64,000 bases of DNA from Microthyrium microscopicum (lineage: Eukaryota): the NCBI GenBank assembly GCA_010405405.1, contig MU004244.1, positions 251,895 through 315,894 of the forward strand, written 5' to 3'. The translations under genes were made by a program, and so were the position numbers. The notes beneath the pieces are model-generated. The model saw only the letters and a program-made list of their open reading frames with translations. It searched no databases and had not been told where the DNA came from. Positions 61,652-64,000 of the stretch are shown here, in pieces; position 1 is the stretch's first letter; each line of letters opens with the position of its first letter.

Positions 61652-62989
61652 ATGGGGGTCTATACCAGAACGCAATCGGCCAAGAAAATATTCTTTCAAA
61701 CCCTCGCCCTCTTTTCTCTTGTGTCGCTCACCCGAGCCGATGCGGTCAGGGGAATTTCACCATCAACAAAAGCCGTAGATGATGGCTCTTGGAAATTCAC
61801 GGAAAAGGACCCAAATGCCAACAGCACTGGAATTCCTTTCATGTTTGTCAACAACTGCTCGGAGACTTTATGGCCAGCGCTTGGTACTCAGCACGGAGCT
61901 CGACCAGTCACGCAGGGCTTTGAGCTCAAGTCCGGCCAAAATGAAACTGTATGGGTTCAACCAGGTTGGGCAGGTCGAATGTGGGCTCGCACGAATTGCT
62001 CGTTTCCAGCTTCTCTGCCAGGTCATCGAGCTTGCGAAACAGGAGATTGTAGAGGTGATCTTGACTGTGTCGTCAGCGTAAGTACCTGAAATGGTATAAT
62101 GTCAAGTTGTATGTCAGTCTGATTCCATTTTAGGGACTTACCCCAGCTACTCTAGCAGAAATTCTCACAGGGGATCAGGGCGGCACAAGCTTCTACGACA
62201 TATCACTAGTTGATGGCTACAACCTGGACATGGCTATCTCTTTGATAGACAATGAACAATCTGGGATGCGAAGCGCACTGCCTCCAAATCGGACGAATCC
62301 ATCGTGTGTTGCCTCTGTCGCTAATTTTGTCGAAGACGACACCTTTAACCCATACAACACTTCCCAAACAGTATTCCTCGGCACTAACCAAAGTTATCCT
62401 CTTGCATTCAATCGCGCTGTCACCCGTCAACAGATTTCTCGTTGGTGCCCGTGGGATCTTCAAGCCTTTCCTCCGACCAAACCTGGCGATGGCGTTTACC
62501 CATACCCAGATGACAACATTCAACGACCTGTATTCCAACCTTGCTTCTCACAATGCGGCAAGTACAACGAGCCTCAATACTGCTGCACTGGTGCTTTCAA
62601 AGACAGAGGCGCTTGTAAATCCAGTCTTTACACTAATAATGCAAAGAAAATATGTCCTGACGCCTATTCATTCGGTATGTTGTTACTAGACCCCCATAAG
62701 GTTCTTTACTAATGCTGTCGTAGCCCATGACGACCAAAAATCCACGTTCACCGTTCAAACGGGTGTTGGATTCCAAATTACCATGTGTCCTGGAGGCAAG
62801 AGCACGAAAATTCTGGAAACCGTTAGAAACGTCGCCGCAGCGGAAAAGAAAAACCTTCAACCTCGTTCCGCCGTTGTCAAAAGTCAAGCATCATCAGCCG
62901 GTGCGCATGCAGAGAGCTCGACTCCACCTTTCATTCTCTTGACTGGTGCAGCATTGATTGTCGTCGCATGCGTCTTTTCCTCTTTGTAA
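61652..62989 (+). CDS. Thaumatin/osmotin-like (PR-5-like) protein with a hydrophobic C-terminal anchor (exons 61652-62077, 62134-62674, 62724-62989)
   Basis: Signal anchor; VNNCSETLWPAL, WAGRMWARTNC, CETGDC, PATLAE, FYDISLVDGYNL, QYCCTG, KKICPDAYSFAHDD..STF, ITMCP; C-terminal FILLTGAALIVVACVFSSL. Confidence 0.92.
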
Positions 62990-64000
62990 ACGAGATTACG
63001 AGCCACGCAATAGCATCAGTTTCTTTCCCTTGTCCTACATACAAAGCTTGTCTCTTGAACCCAATGGACGGTTGTTTTTGGCTTTCATACATATGATCAT
63101 CAAATCACTCCCCGGCGCAAGGTCATTCCTTCGAGATACCCAGGATAGTTAGCGACTAGATCAACGTAGACATTTGTCGCTTGTCTTCACACCTATACGT
63201 CCTGGAAGACGGGGCATATTCCTAATTGCTAATAGCCTAATCCAGATTTCATTTTATTATTCAAAAGGACACTACGTTTTCCCTACTCCTGATGCAAACT
63301 CATGTGCCTCTCTCCGTTCCTGTCGTACTACCAATGCATTTACCTGGTAGCTCCTACGGCAATCTGAGAGCTTCCCATGCTCCACCCATGTGAAACCATT
63401 GCGATCGAAGTTCTGTGATACCGAGCGGTTATGGTCGTACCTGCTTTCCCCACCTCCAAGCACATGGCATAAACCTCCAGAGTATTATAGGTAACACCGC
63501 GGTACAACATACAAAGCAAACTCCTGCTCGCTGCTGCTGTACATCAACGTATAGAACAAAATTTGGAAGATCGCACGATTCCATGCATGAATTACATTTT
63601 ATTCTGTGATACAGCAGACCTCAGCAACACGAACAGCGCATGAAATCGCGTTACCCAACAATCTAGCAAACCGGGTCTTGCATTTCAACCACCAACTGCG
63701 CATGCCAAAGGGAAGAAATCCGCTGACAATCAGGGGATATCAGAAGCTGCCGAGCTGAGAACTGCAGATACCACTTTTAATCCTGCAGAGTTTTCACAGT
63801 CGCACTTTTTTCACAATTGACCACGCTTTGCCATGTGGATAAATGTATTTTCAGGAGTTTTCATCGAGTAACCGTGAAAACCTGCATGAATTTGTATGGT
63901 AGCCATGTCGGTTGCGATCGGATCGAAAGAATGTGGAGTTGAGCAATATGTTGAGTGTTGCATCGGGCGCATCAGGGAAGAAGCTATTATTAGCGGTATT

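Overview
Genomic DNA from a filamentous ascomycete (Pezizomycotina), judged by short GT-AG introns with CTRAY branch points and a RIP-mutated transposon. About 19 protein-coding genes, with exons joined by eye: a secreted CFEM protein, a small hypothetical protein, NAPE-PLD/FMP30-like, TYR1, RPS14, AAR2, ARP6, an SDR, a HAD dehalogenase, an arylsulfatase, an MFS transporter, a SAP-domain THO1-like protein, a large methyltransferase-domain protein, a 6-exon orphan secreted protein, a PTR2/POT transporter, an RS-tail cyclophilin, a large BIRC6/UBE2Z-type E2, SMC2 and a thaumatin-like protein. A full-length 6.8-kb Tad1-like LINE, destroyed by RIP, lies at 21830-28611 with a perfect 15-bp target-site duplication. 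The most unusual items are: (1) in the E2 gene, two successive introns carry the same 45-nt hairpin-forming motif, and a single TAG separates the ORF from a further 126 open codons; (2) TYR1 intron 1 looks like an intron nested inside an intron, enclosing a candidate box C/D snoRNA. All calls come from reading the sequence; no searches or folding programs were run.
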